NCBI RefSeq assembly: GCF_964355755.1
Contig: NC_092678.1
Coordinates: forward strand, 10,662,352-10,726,351
Length of the DNA stretch: 64,000 bases
Direction of reading: 5' to 3'
Source of the DNA: Antedon mediterranea
Taxonomy: Eukaryota > Animalia > Echinodermata
Below, one piece after another: positions 25,101 to 36,624 of the stretch. The translations under genes were made by a program, and so were the position numbers. The notes under the pieces were generated by a model. That model was given only the letters and a program-made list of their open reading frames with translations. It searched no databases and had not been told where the DNA came from. The number at the start of each line of letters is the position of its first letter. Position 1 is the first letter of the stretch.

Positions 25101-28100
25101 GTTTTTGTGTGAAAAGTTTTAACGAAAAGCTCAAAATGGTCTAAAACGGTTCTAATGTGATTTTAAGCACTTTGATGTTTTTGTACAACCAAGTTTCATC
25201 GAAATGCTCAAAATGGTCTAAAACGTTTTTAAAACGATATTAAGCTATTTTGTGCTCTTTGATGTTTTTGTGTAACCAAGTTTTTTCGAAAATCACAAAA
25301 TGGTCTAAAACGTCTCCAAATGCGATTTGAAGCTTTTCTAAGCACTTTGGTGTTTTTATGTTAACAAGTTTTTTCGAAAATCACAAAATGGTCTAAAACG
25401 TCTCAAAATGCGATTTGAAGGTATTCTGAGCACTTTGGTGTTTTTGTGTGAAAAGTTTTAACGAAATGCTCAAAATGGTCTAAAACGGTTTCTAATGTGA
25501 TTTTAACCACTTTGATGTTTTTGTGTAACCAAGTTCTTTTCGAAAATCACAAAATGGTCTAAAACGTCTCCAAATGCGATTTGAAGCTTTTCTAAGCACT
25601 TTGGTGTTTTTATGTTAACAAGTTTTTTCGAAAATCACAAAATGGTCTAAAACGTCTCAAAATGCGATTTGAAGGTATTCTGAGCACTTTGGTGTTTTTG
25701 TGTGAAAAGTTTTAACGAAATGCTCAAAATGGTCTAAAACGGTTTCTAATGTGATTTTAACCACTTTGATGTTTTTGTGTAACCAAGTTTTTTCGAAAAT
25801 CACAAAATGGTCTAAAACGTCTCCAAATGCGATTTGAAGCTTTTCTAAGCACTTTGGTGTTTTTATGTTAACAAGTTTTTTCGAAAATCACAAAATGGTC
25901 TAAAACGTCTCCAAATGCGATTTGAAGCTATTCTGTACACTTTGATGTTTTGTGTGAAAAGTTTTAACGAAATGCTCAAAATTGTCTAAAACGGTTTCTA
26001 ATGTGATTTTAAGCACTTTGATGTTTTTGTAAAACCAAGTTTCATCGAAATGCACAAAATGGTCTAAAACGTCTCCAAATGCGATTTGAAGCTTTTCCAA
26101 GCACTTTGGTGTTTTTATGTTAACAAGGTTTTTCGAAAATCACAAAATGGTCTAAAACGTCTCCAAATGCGATTTGAAGCTTTTCCAAGCACTTTGCTGT
26201 TTTTATGTTAACAAGTTTTTTCGAAAATCACAAAATGGTCTAAAACGTCTCAAAATACGATATTAAGCTGTTTTGTGCACTTTGATGATTTGTGTGAAAA
26301 GTTTTAACGAAATGCTCAAAATGGTCTAAAACGGTTTCTAATGTGATTTTAAGCACTTTGATGTTTTTATGTAGCCAAGTTTTTTCGAAAATCACAAAAT
26401 GGTCAAAAACGTCTCCAAATGCGATTTGAAGCTTTTCTAAGCACTTTGGTTTTTTTTATGTTAACAAGTTTTTTCGAAAATCACAAAATGGTCTAAAACG
26501 TCTTCAAATGCGATTTGAAGATATTCTGAGCACTTTGGTGTTTTTCTGTTAAAAAGTATTTTCGAAAATCACAAAATGGCCTAAAACGTCTCCAAATGCG
26601 ATTTGAAGCTATTCTGTACACTTTGATGTTTTGTGTGAAAAAGTTTTGTCAAAATGCTCAAAATGGTCTAAAACGTTTTTAAAACGATATTAAGCTATTT
26701 TGTGCTCTTTGATGTGTTTGTATAACCAAGTTTTTTCGAAAATCACAAAATGGTCTAAAACGTCTCCAAATGCGATTTGAAGCTTTTCCAAGCACTTTGC
26801 TGTTTTTATGTTAACAATTTTTTTCGAAAATCATAAAATGGTCTAAAACGTCTCCAAATGCGATTTGAAGCTATTCTGTACACTTTGATGTTTTGTGTGA
26901 AAAGTTTTGTCGAAATGCTCAAAATGGTCTAAAACGTTTTTAAAACGATATTAAGCTATTTTGTGCTCTTTGATGTTTTTGTGTAACCAAGTTTCATCGA
27001 AATGAACAAAATGGTCTAAAACGTCTCCAAATGCGATTTGAAGCTTTTCTAAGCACTTTGGTGTTTTTATGTTAACAAGTTTTTTCGAAAATCACAAAAT
27101 GGTCTAAAACGTCTCCAAATGCGATTTGAAGATATTCTGAGCACTTTGCTGTTTTTATGTTAACAAGTTTTTTCGAAAATCACAAAATGGTCTAAAACGT
27201 CTCAAAATGCTATTTGAAGGTATTCTGAGCACTTTGGTGTTTTTGTGTGAAAAGTTTTAACGAAATGCTCAAAATGGTCTAAAACGGTTCTAATGTGATT
27301 TTAAGCACTTTGATGTTTTTGTATAACCAAGTTTCATCGAAATGCTCAAAATGGTCTAAAACGTTTTTAAAACGATATTAAGCTATTTTGTGCTCTTTGA
27401 TGTTTTTGTGTAACGAAGTTTCATCGAAATGAACAAAATGGTCTAAAACGTCTCCAAATGCGATTTGAAGCTTTTCCAAGCACTTTGCTGTTTTTATGTT
27501 AACAAGTTTTTTCGAAAATCACAAAATGGCCTAAAACGTCTCAAAATGCGATTTCAAGGTATTCTGAGCACTTTGGTGTTTTTGTGTGAAAGGTTTTAAC
27601 GAAATGCTCAAAATGGTCTAAAACGGTTTCTAATGTGATTTAAAGCACTTTGATGTTTTTGTATAACCAAGTTTCATCGAAATGCACAAAATGGTCTAAA
27701 ACGTCTCCAAATGCGATTTGAAGCTTTTCTAAGCACTTTGCTGTTTTTATGTTAACAAGTTTTTTCGAAAATCACAAAATGGTCTAAAACGTCTCCAAAT
27801 GCGATTTGAAGATATTCTGAGCACTTTGGTGTTTTTATGTTAAAAAGTTTTTTCGAAAATCACAAAATGGTCTAAAACGTCTCCAAATGCGATTTGAAGC
27901 TATTCTGTACACTTTGATGTTTTGTGTGAAAAAGTTTTGTCGAAATGCTCAAAATGGTCTAAAACGTTTTTAAAACGATATTAAGCTATTTTGTGCTCTT
28001 TGATGTTTTTGTGTAACCAAGTTTTTTCGAAAATCACAAAATGGTCTAAAACGTCTCCAAATGCGATTTGAAGCTTTTCTAAGCACTTTGGTGTTTTTAT

Positions 28101-31100
28101 GTTAACAAGTTTTTTCGAAAATCACAAAATGGTCTAAAACGTCTCAAAATGCGATTTGAAGGTATTCTGAGCACTTTGGTGTTTTTGTGTGAAAAGTTTT
28201 AACGAAATGCTCAAAATGGTCTAAAACGGTTTCTAATGTGATTTTAAGCACTTTGATGTTTTTGTGTAACCAAGTTTTTTCGAAAATCACAAAATGGTCT
28301 AAAACGTCTCCAAATGCGATTTGAAGCTATTCTGTACACTTTGATGTTTTGTGTGAAAAAAGTTTTGTCGAAATGCTCAAAATGGTCTAAAACGTTTTTA
28401 AAACGATATTGAGCTATTTTGTGCTCTTTGATGTTTTTGTGTAACCAAGTTTTATCGAAATGAACAAAATGGTCTAAAACGTCTCCAAATGCGATTTGAA
28501 GCTTTTCCAAGCACTTTGCTGTTTTTATGTTAACAGGTTTTTTCGAAAATCACAAAATGGTCTAAAACGTCTCAAAATGCGATTTGAAGGTATTCTGAGC
28601 ACTTTGGTGTTTTTGTGTGAAAAGTTTTAACGAAATGCTCAAAATTGTCTAAAACGGTTTCTAATGTGATTTTAAGCACTTTGATGTTTTTGTAAAACCA
28701 AGTTTCATCGAAATGCACAAAATGGTCTAAAATGTCTCCAAATGCGATTTTAAGCTTTTCCAAGCACTTTGCTGTTTTTATGTTAACAAGCTTTTTCGAA
28801 AATCACAAAATGGTCTAAAACGTCTCCAAATGCGATTTGAAGATATTCTGAGCACTTTGGTGTTTTTATGTTAAAAAGTTTTTTCGAAAATCACAAAATG
28901 GTCTAAAACGTCTCCAAATGCGATTTGAAGATATTCTGAGCACTTTGGTGTTTTTATGTTAAAAAGTTTTTTCGAAAATCACAAAATGGTCTAAAACGTC
29001 TCCAAATGCGATTTGAAGCTATTCTGTACACTTTGATGTTTTGTGTGAAAAAGTTTTGTCGAAATGCTCAAAATGGTTTAAAACGTTTTTAAAACGATAT
29101 TAAGTTATTTTGTGCTCTTTGATGTTTTTGTGTAACCAAGTTTCATCGAAATGAACAAAATGGTCTAAAACGTCTCCAAATGCGATTTGAAGCTTTTCCA
29201 AGCACTTTGCTGTTTTTATGTTAACAAGTTTTTTCGAAAATCACAAAATGGTGTAAAACGTCTCAAAATGCGATTTGAAGGTATTCTGAGCACTTTGGTG
29301 TTTTTGTGTGAAAAGTTTTAACGAAATGCTCAAAATGGTCTAAAACGGTTCTAATGTGATTTTAAGCTATTCTAGACACTTTGATGTTTTGTGTGAAAAA
29401 GTTTTCTCGAAATGCTCAAAATGGTCTAAAACGTTTTCCAATACCATATTAAGCTATTTTGTGCTCTTTGATGTTTTTGTGTAACCAAGTTTTTTCGAAA
29501 ATCACAAAATGGTCTAAAACGTCTCCAAATGCGATTTGAAGCTTTTCTAAGCACTTTGGTGTTTTTATGTTAACAAGTTTTTTCGCAAATCACAAAATGG
29601 TCTAAAACGTCTTCAAATGCGATTTGAAGATATTCTGAGCACTTTGGTGTTTTTCTGTTAAAAAGTATTTTCGAAAATCACAAAATGGCCTAAAACGTCT
29701 CCAAATGCGATTTGAAGCTATTCTGTACACTTTGATGTTTTGTGTGAAAAAGTTTTGTCAAAATGCTCAAAATGGTCTAAAACGTTTTTAAAACGATATT
29801 AAGCTATTTTGTGCTCTTTGATGTGTTTGTATAACCAAGTTTTTTCGAAAATCACAAAATGGTCTAAAACGTCTCCAAATGCGATTTGAAGCTTTTCCAA
29901 GCACTTTGCTGTTTTTATGTTAACAATTTTTTTCGAAAATCATAAAATGGTCTAAAACGTCTCCAAATGCGATTTGAAGCTATTCTGTACACTTTGATGT
30001 TTTGTGTGAAAAGTTTTGTCGAAATGCTCAAAATGGTCTAAAACGTTTTTAAAACGATATTAAGCTATTTTGTGCTCTTTGATGTTTTTGTGTAACCAAG
30101 TTTCATCGAAATGAACAAAATGGTCTAAAACGTCTCCAAATGCGATTTGAAGATATTCTGTACACTTTGATGTTTTGTGTGAAAAAGTTTTCTTGAAATG
30201 CTCAAAATGGTCTAAAACGTTTTCCAATACCATATTAAGCTATTTTGTGCAATTTGATGTTTTTATGTAACCAAGTTTTTTGAAATGCGATTTGAAGATA
30301 TTCTGAGCACTTTGGTGTTTTTATGTTAAAAAGTTTTTTCGAAAATCACAAAATGGTCTAAAACGTCTCTAAATGCGATTTGAAGCTATTCTGTACACTT
30401 TGATGTTTTGTGTGAAAAAGTTTTGTCGAAATGCTCAAAATGGTCTAAAACGTTTTTAAAACGATATTAAGCTATTTTGTGCTCTTTGATGTTTTTGTGT
30501 AACCAAGTTTTTTCGAAAATCACAAAATGGTCTAAAACGTCTCCAAATGCGATTTGAAGCTTTTCTAAGCACTTTGGTGTTTTTATGTTAACAAGTTTTT
30601 TCGAAAATCACAAAATGGTCTAAAACGTCTCAAAATGCGATTTGAAGGTATTCTGAGCACTTTGGTGTTTTTGTGTGAAAAGTTTTAACGAAATGCTCAA
30701 AATGGTCTAAAACGGTTTCTAATTTGATTTTAACCACTTTGATGTTTTTGTGTAACCAAGTTCTTTTCGAAAATCACAAAATGGTCTAAAACGTCTCCAA
30801 ATGCGATTTGAAGCTTTTCTAAGCACTTTGGTGTTTTTATGTTAACAAGTTTTTTCGAAAATCACAAAATGGTCTAAAACGTCTCAAAATTCGATTTGAA
30901 GGTATTCTGAGCACTTTGGTGTTTTTGTGTGAAAAGTTTTAACGAAATGCTCAAAATGGTCTAAAACGGTTTCTAATGTGATTTTAACAACTTTGATGTT
31001 TTTGTGTAACCAAGTTTTTTCGAAAATCACAAAATGGTCTAAAACGTCTCCAAATGCGATTTGAAGCTTTTCTAAGCACTTTGGTGTTTTTATGTTAACA

Positions 31101-34100
31101 AGTTTTTTCGAAAATCACAAAATGGTCTAAAACGTCTCCAAATGCGATTTGAAGATATTCTGAGCACTTTGGTGTTTTTCTGTTAAAAAGTATTTTCGAA
31201 AATCACAAAATGGTCTAAAACGTCTCCAAATGCAATTTGAAGCTATTCTGTACACTTTGATGTTTTGTGTGAAAAAGTTTTGTCAAAATGCTCAAAATGG
31301 TCTAAAACGTTTTTAAAACGATATTAAGCTATTTTGTGCTCTTTGATGTTTTTGTATAACCATGTTTTTTCGAAAATCACAAAATGGTCTAAAACGTCTC
31401 CAAATGCGATTTGAAGCTTTTCTAAACACTTTGGTGTTTTTATGTTAACAAGTTTTTTCGAAAATCACAAAATGGTCTAAAACGTCTCCAAATCCGATTT
31501 GAAGCTATTCTGTACACTTTGATGTTTTGTGTGAAAAAGTTTTGTCGAAATGCTCAAAATGGTCTAAAACGTTTTTAAAACGATATTAAGCTATTTTGTG
31601 CTCTTTGATGTTTTTGTGTAACCAAGTTTCATCGATATGAACAAAATGGTCTAAAACGTCTCAAAATGCGATTTGAAGGTATTCTGAGCACTTTGGTGTT
31701 TTTGGGTGAAAAGTTTTAACGAAATGCTCAAAATGGTCTAAAACGGTTTCTAATGTGATTTTAAGCACTTTGAAGTATTTGTAAAAACAAGTTTCATCGA
31801 AATGCACAAAATAGTCTAAAACGTCTCCAAATGCGATTTGAAGCTTTTCTAAGCACTTTGGTGTTTTTATGTTAACAAGTTTTTTCGAAAATCACAAAAT
31901 GGTCTAAAACGTCTCCAAATGCGATTTGAAGATATTCTGAGCACTTTGGTGTTTTTATGTTAAAAAGTATTTTCGAAAATCACAAAATGGTCTAAAACGT
32001 CTCCAAATGCGATTTGAAGCTCTTCTGTACACTTTGATGTTTTGTGTGAAAAAGTTTAGTCGAAATGCTCAAAATGGTCTAAAACGTTTTTAAAACGATA
32101 TTAAGCTATTTTGTGCTCTTTGATGTTTTTGTGTAACCAAGTTTCATCGAAAAGAACAAAATGGTCTAAAACGTCTCCAAATGCGATTTGAAGCTTTTCT
32201 AAGCACTTTGGTGTTTTTATGTTAACAAGTTTTTTCGAAAATCACAAAATGGTCTAAAACGTCTCCAAATGCGATTTGAAGATATTCTGAGCACTTTGCT
32301 GTTTTTATGTTAAGTTTTTTCGAAAATCACAAAATGGTCTAAAACGTCTCAAAATGCTATTTGAAGGTATTCTGAGCACTTTGGTGTTTTTGTGTGAAAA
32401 GTTTTAACGAAATGCTCAAAATGGTCTAAAACGGTTCTAATGTGATTTTAAGCACTTTGATGTTTTTGTATAACCAAGTTTCATCGAAATGCTCAAAATG
32501 GTCTAAAACGTTTTTAAAACGATATTAAGCTATTTTGTGCTCTTTGATGTTTTTGTGTAACGAAGTTTCATCGAAATGAACAAAATGGTCTAAAACGTCT
32601 CCAAATGCGATTTGAAGCTTTTCCAAGCACTTTGCTGTTTTTATGTTAACAAGTTTTTTCGAAAATCACAAAATGGCCTAAAACGTCTCAAAATGCGATT
32701 TCAAGGTATTCTGAGCACTTTGGTGTTTTTGTGTGAAAGGTTTTAACGAAATGCTCAAAATGGTCTAAAACGGTTTCTAATGTGATTTTAAGCACTTTGA
32801 TGTTTTTGTATAACCAAGTTTCATCGAAATGCACAAAATGGTCTAAAACGTCTCCAAATGCGATTTGAAGCTTTTCTAAGCACTTTGCTGTTTTTATGTT
32901 AACAAGTTTTTTCGAAAATCACAAAATGGTCTAAAACGTCTCCAAATGCGATTTGAAGATATTCTGAGCACTTTGGTGTTTTTATGTTAAAAAGTTTTTT
33001 CGAAAATCACAAAATGGTCTAAAACGTCTCCAAATGCGATTTGAAGATATTCTGAGCACTTTGGTGTTTTTATGTTAAAAAGTTTTTTCGAAAATCACAA
33101 AATGGTCTAAAACGTCTCCAAATGCGATTTGAAGCTATTCTGTACACTTTGATGTTTTGTGTGAAAAAGTTTTGTCGAAATGCTCAAAATGGTCTAAAAC
33201 GTTTTTAAAACGATATTAAGCTATTTTGTGCTCTTTGATGTTTTTGTGTAACCAAGTTTTATCGAAATGAACAAAATGGTCTAAAACGTCTCCAAATGCG
33301 ATTTGAAGCTTTTCCAAGCACTTTGCTGTTTTTATGTTAACAAGTTTTTTCGAAAATCACAAAATGGTCTAAAACGTCTCAAAATGCGATTTGAAGGTAT
33401 TCTGAGCACTTTGGTGTTTTTGTGTGAAAAGTTTTAACGAAATGCTCAAAATTGTCTAAAACGGTTTCTAATGTGATTTTAAGCACTTTGATGTTTTTGT
33501 AAAACCAAGTTTCATCGAAATGAACAAAATGGTCTAAAATGTCTCCAAATGCGATTTGAAGCTTTTCCAAGCACTTTGCTGTTTTTATGTTAACAAGCTT
33601 TTTCGAAAATCACAAAATGGTCTAAAACGTCTCCAAATGCGATTTGAAGATATTCTGAGCACTTTGGTGTTTTTATGTTAAAAAGTTTTTTCGAAAATCA
33701 CAAAATGGTCTAAAACGTCTCCAAATGCGATTTGAAGATATTCTGAGCACTTTGGTGTTTTTATGTTAAAAAGTTTTTTCGAAAATCACAAAATGGTCTA
33801 AAACGTCTCCAAATGCGATTTGAAGCTATTCTGTACACTTTGATGTTTTGTGTGAAAAAGTTTTGTCGAAATGCTCAAAATGGTTTAAAACGTTTTTAAA
33901 ACGATATTAAGTTATTTTGTGCTCTTTGATGTTTTTGTGTAACCAAGTTTCATCGAAATGAACAAAATGGTCTAAAACGTCTCCAAATGCGATTTGAAGC
34001 TTTTCCAAGCACTTTGCTGTTTTTATGTTAACAAGTTTTTTCGAAAATCACAAAATGGTGTAAAACGTCTCAAAATGCGATTTGAAGGTATTCTGAGCAC

Positions 34101-36302
34101 TTTGGTGTTTTTGTGTGAAAAGTTTTAACGAAATGCTCAAAATGGTCTAAAACGGTTCTAATGTGATTTTAAGCTATTCTAGACACTTTGATGTTTTGTG
34201 TGAAAAAGTTTTCTCGAAATGCTCAAAATGGTCTAAAACGTTTTCCAATACCATATTAAGCTATTTTGTGCAATTTGATGTTTTTGTGTAACCAAGTTTT
34301 TTGAAATGCGATTTGAAGATATTCTGAGGACTTTGGTGTTTTTATGTTAAAAAGTTTTTTCGAAAATCACAAAATGGTCTAAAACGTCTCCAAATGCGAT
34401 TTGAAGATATTCTGAGCACTTTGGTGTTTTTATGTTAAAAAGTTTTTTCGAAAATCACAAAATGGTCTAAAACGTCTCCAAATGCGAGTTGAAGCTATTC
34501 TGTACACTTTGATGTTTTGTGTGAAAAAGTTTTGTCGAAATGCTCAAAATGGTCTAAAACGTTTTTAAAACGATATTAAGCTATTTTGTGCTCTTTGATG
34601 TTTTTGTGTAACCAAGTTTTTTCGAAAATCACGAAATGGTCTAAAACGTCTTCAAATGCGATTTGAAGCTTTTCTAAGCACTTTGGTGTTTTTATGTTAA
34701 CAAGTTTTTTCGCAAATCACAAAATGGTCTAAAACGTCTCCAAATGCGATTTGAAGATATTCTGAGCACATTGGTGTTTTTATGTTAAAAAGTTTTGTCG
34801 AAATGCTCAAAATGGTCTAAAACGTTTTTAAAACGATATTAAGCTATTTTGTCCTCTTTGATGTTTTTATGTAACCAAGTTTCATCGAAATGAACAAAAT
34901 GGTCTAAAACGTCTCCAAATGCGATTTGAAGCTTTTCCAAGCACTTTGCTGTTTTTATGTTAACAAGTTTTTTCGAAAATCACAAAATGGTCTAAAACGT
35001 CTCAAAATGCGATTTGAAGGTATTCTGAGCACTTTGGTGTTTTTGTGTGAAAAGTTTTAACGAAATGCTCAAAATGTTCTAAAACGGTTTCTAATGTGAT
35101 TTTAAGCACTTTGATGTTTTTGTATAACCAAGTTTCATCGAAATGCACAAAATGGTCTAAAACGTCTCCAAATGCGATTTTAAGCTTTTCTAAGCACTTT
35201 GGTGTTTTTATGTTAACAAGGTTTTTCGAAAATCACAAAATGGTCTAAAACGTCTCCAAATGCGATTTGAAGATATTCTGAGCACTTTGGTGTTTTTATG
35301 TTAACAAGTTTTTTCGAAAATCACAAAATGGTCTAAAACGTCTCAAAATACGATATTAAGCTGTTTTGTCCACTTTGATGATTTGTGTGAAAAGTTTTAA
35401 CGAAATGCTCAAAATGGTCTAAAACGGTTTCTAATGTGATTTTAAGCACTTTGATGTTTTTATGTAGCCAAGTTTTTTCGAAAATCACAAAATGGTCAAA
35501 AACGTCTCCAAATGCGATTTGAAGCTTTTCTAAGCACTTTGGTTTTTTTATGTTAACAAGTTTTTTCGAAAATCACAAAATGGTCTAAAACGTCTTCAAA
35601 TGCGATTTGAAGATATTCTGAGCACTTTGGTGTTTTTCTGTTAAAAAGTATTTTCGAAAATCACAAAATGGTCTAAAACGTCTCCAAATGCGATTTGAAG
35701 CTATTCTGTACACTTTGATGTTTTGTGTGAAAAAGTTTTGTCAAAATGCTCAAAATGGTCTAAAACGTTTTTAAAACGATATTAAGCTATTTTGTGCTCT
35801 TTGATGTGTTTGTATAACCAAGTTTTTTCGAAAATCACAAAATGGTCTAAAACGTCTCCAAATGCGATTTGAAGCTTTTCCAAGCACTTTGCTGTTTTTA
35901 TGTTAACAATTTTTTTCGAAAATCATAAAATGGTCTAAAACGTCTCCAAATGCGATTTGAAGCTATTCTGTACACTTTGATGTTTTGTGTGAAAAGTTTT
36001 GTCGAAATGCTCAAAATGGTCTAAAACGTTTTTAAAACGATATTAAGCTATTTTGTGCTCTTTGATGTTTTTGTGTAACCAAGTTTCATCGAAATGAACA
36101 AAATGGTCTAAAACGTCTCCAAATGCGATTTGAAGCTTTTCTAAGCACTTTGGTGTTTTTATGTTAACAAGTTTTTTCGAAAATCACAAAATGGTCTAAA
36201 ACGTCTCCAAATGCGATTTGAAGCTTTTCTAAGCACTTTGGTGTTTTTATGTTAACAAGTTTTTTCGAAAATCACAAAATGGTCTAAAACGTCTCAAAAT
36301 GC

Positions 36303-36307
36303 GATTT
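36303..36307 (+). repeat. Target-site duplication, left copy (GATTT)
   Basis: The uninterrupted satellite reads CTCAAAATGC-GATTT-GAAGGT. Here GATTT occurs both before (36303-36307) and after (36620-36624) the insert. The TTT overlaps the T-rich tail, so the exact boundary is ambiguous by up to 3 bp. Confidence 0.75.
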
Positions 36308-36335
36308 TTTATTTTTATTTTTTTTTATTTTTATT
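36308..36335 (-). repeat. A-rich (A5-9 T)n 3' tail beginning with AATAAA
   Basis: The + strand reads TTT ATTTTTATTT TTTTTTATTT TTATT. AATAAA lies on the minus strand at 36330-36335. Confidence 0.9.
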
Positions 36336-36385
36336 CAATTTTCAGGCACAACAATACATGACAATACAGCGGTGCAGCACCCTGA

Positions 36386-36425
36386 GGATTGCCATGAGTG
36401 CAAAGCACTATCGAGGTGGCTCTCC
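36386..36425 (-). other. 3' nested stem-loop, candidate LINE-derived RT recognition tail
   Basis: Minus strand GGA-GA-GCCA-CCTCGAT-AGTGC-TTT-GCACT-CA-TGGC-AA-TCC has three nested helices (GGA/TCC, GCCA/TGGC, AGTGC/GCACT) ~50 nt before the tail. The function is inferred from known SINE/LINE 3'-tail sharing. Confidence 0.55.
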
Positions 36426-36480
36426 ATATACTGCACTAGAACATATAAGACAAACATATACACAAGATGCTCTACATAAA

Positions 36481-36503
36481 CAAAGACTTAAATTAAGTCT
36501 TTG
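36481..36503. repeat. Perfect inverted repeat (11-bp arms, 1-nt spacer) in the SINE body
   Basis: CAAAGACTTAA-A-TTAAGTCTTTG. Confidence 0.95.
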
Positions 36504-36529
36504 GGAGTGGAGTTGTAAATTGTCATGAG

Positions 36530-36536
36530 AAAAAAA
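36530..36536 (-). terminator. Candidate Pol III terminator (T7) inside the SINE
   Basis: A7 on the + strand (T7 on the element strand) sits 15 bp downstream of the B box, preceded by the near-palindrome CCTGTCATATGTCAGG (36538-36553). Pol III is known to terminate at runs of 4-6 or more T. Confidence 0.5.
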
Positions 36537-36551
36537 CCCTGACATATGACA

Positions 36552-36562
36552 GGACTTGAACC
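36552..36562 (-). promoter_or_regulatory. RNA Pol III type-2 promoter B box
   Basis: GGTTCAAGTCC matches GGTTCRANNCC and lies 33 bp downstream of the A box, a tRNA-like spacing. Confidence 0.85.
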
Positions 36563-36595
36563 CAGGACCCTTAGATTGGTAGCCAAGCATCATAA

Positions 36596-36606
36596 CCACC
36601 AAGCCA
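36596..36606 (-). promoter_or_regulatory. RNA Pol III type-2 promoter A box
   Basis: TGGCTTGGTGG versus consensus TRGCNNARYGG, one mismatch. Confidence 0.8.
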
Positions 36607-36619
36607 CAGCTCCACTGAA

Positions 36620-36624
36620 GATTT
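36620..36624 (+). repeat. Target-site duplication, right copy (GATTT)
   Basis: The junction reads ...CTCCACTGAA|GATTT|GAAGGTATTC, and satellite register resumes here. Confidence 0.75.

Larger units (their letters stand above)
1..36307 (+). repeat. Tandem satellite DNA array, 88-bp base monomer (left arm)
   Basis: Monomer GAAGATATTCTGAGCACTTTGGTGTTTTTATGTTAAAAAGTTTTTTCGAAAATCACAAAATGGTCTAAAACGTCTCCAAATGCGATTT starts at 844 and again at 932 (period 88). The core AAAATGGTCTAAAACG recurs every ~76-88 bp with no change of orientation. This monomer is 27/88 GC. Strand is arbitrary. Confidence 0.99.
36541..36613 (-). ncRNA. tRNA-derived head of the SINE (not a functional tRNA)
   Basis: Sequence GGAGCTGTGGCTTGGTGGTTATGATGCTTGGCTACCAATCTAAGGGTCCTGGGTTCAAGTCCTGTCATATGTC. 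The A box begins at tRNA position 8, followed by an anticodon-arm-like CTTGG-CTACCAA-TC(T)AAG and a T-loop TTCAAGT. The acceptor stem does not pair. Confidence 0.8.
36308..36619 (-). mobile_element. tRNA-derived SINE-like retroposon, 312 bp
   Basis: This is the only non-satellite sequence. The minus strand reads TTCAGT-GGAGCTG-TGGCTTGGTGG (A box)...GGTTCAAGTCC (B box), then a body, a 3' stem-loop and an AATAAAAATAAAAAAAAATAAAAATAAA tail. It is flanked by duplicated GATTT and has no long ORF. Confidence 0.9.

Noticed and set aside
36382-36410. Hammerhead ribozyme core (CTGAGGA on the + strand), as in Penelope-like elements or retrozymes
   Set aside because: CUGANGA is followed by a TTGC/GCAA stem but not by the required GAAA, and I could not build stems I and III. 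An Infernal search with Rfam hammerhead models would settle it.
36541-36613. Functional tRNA gene (apparent ACC anticodon)
   Set aside because: The acceptor stem does not pair, the anticodon and T stems are imperfect, and it sits within a TSD-flanked, A-tailed element. The parental tRNA cannot be assigned by eye.
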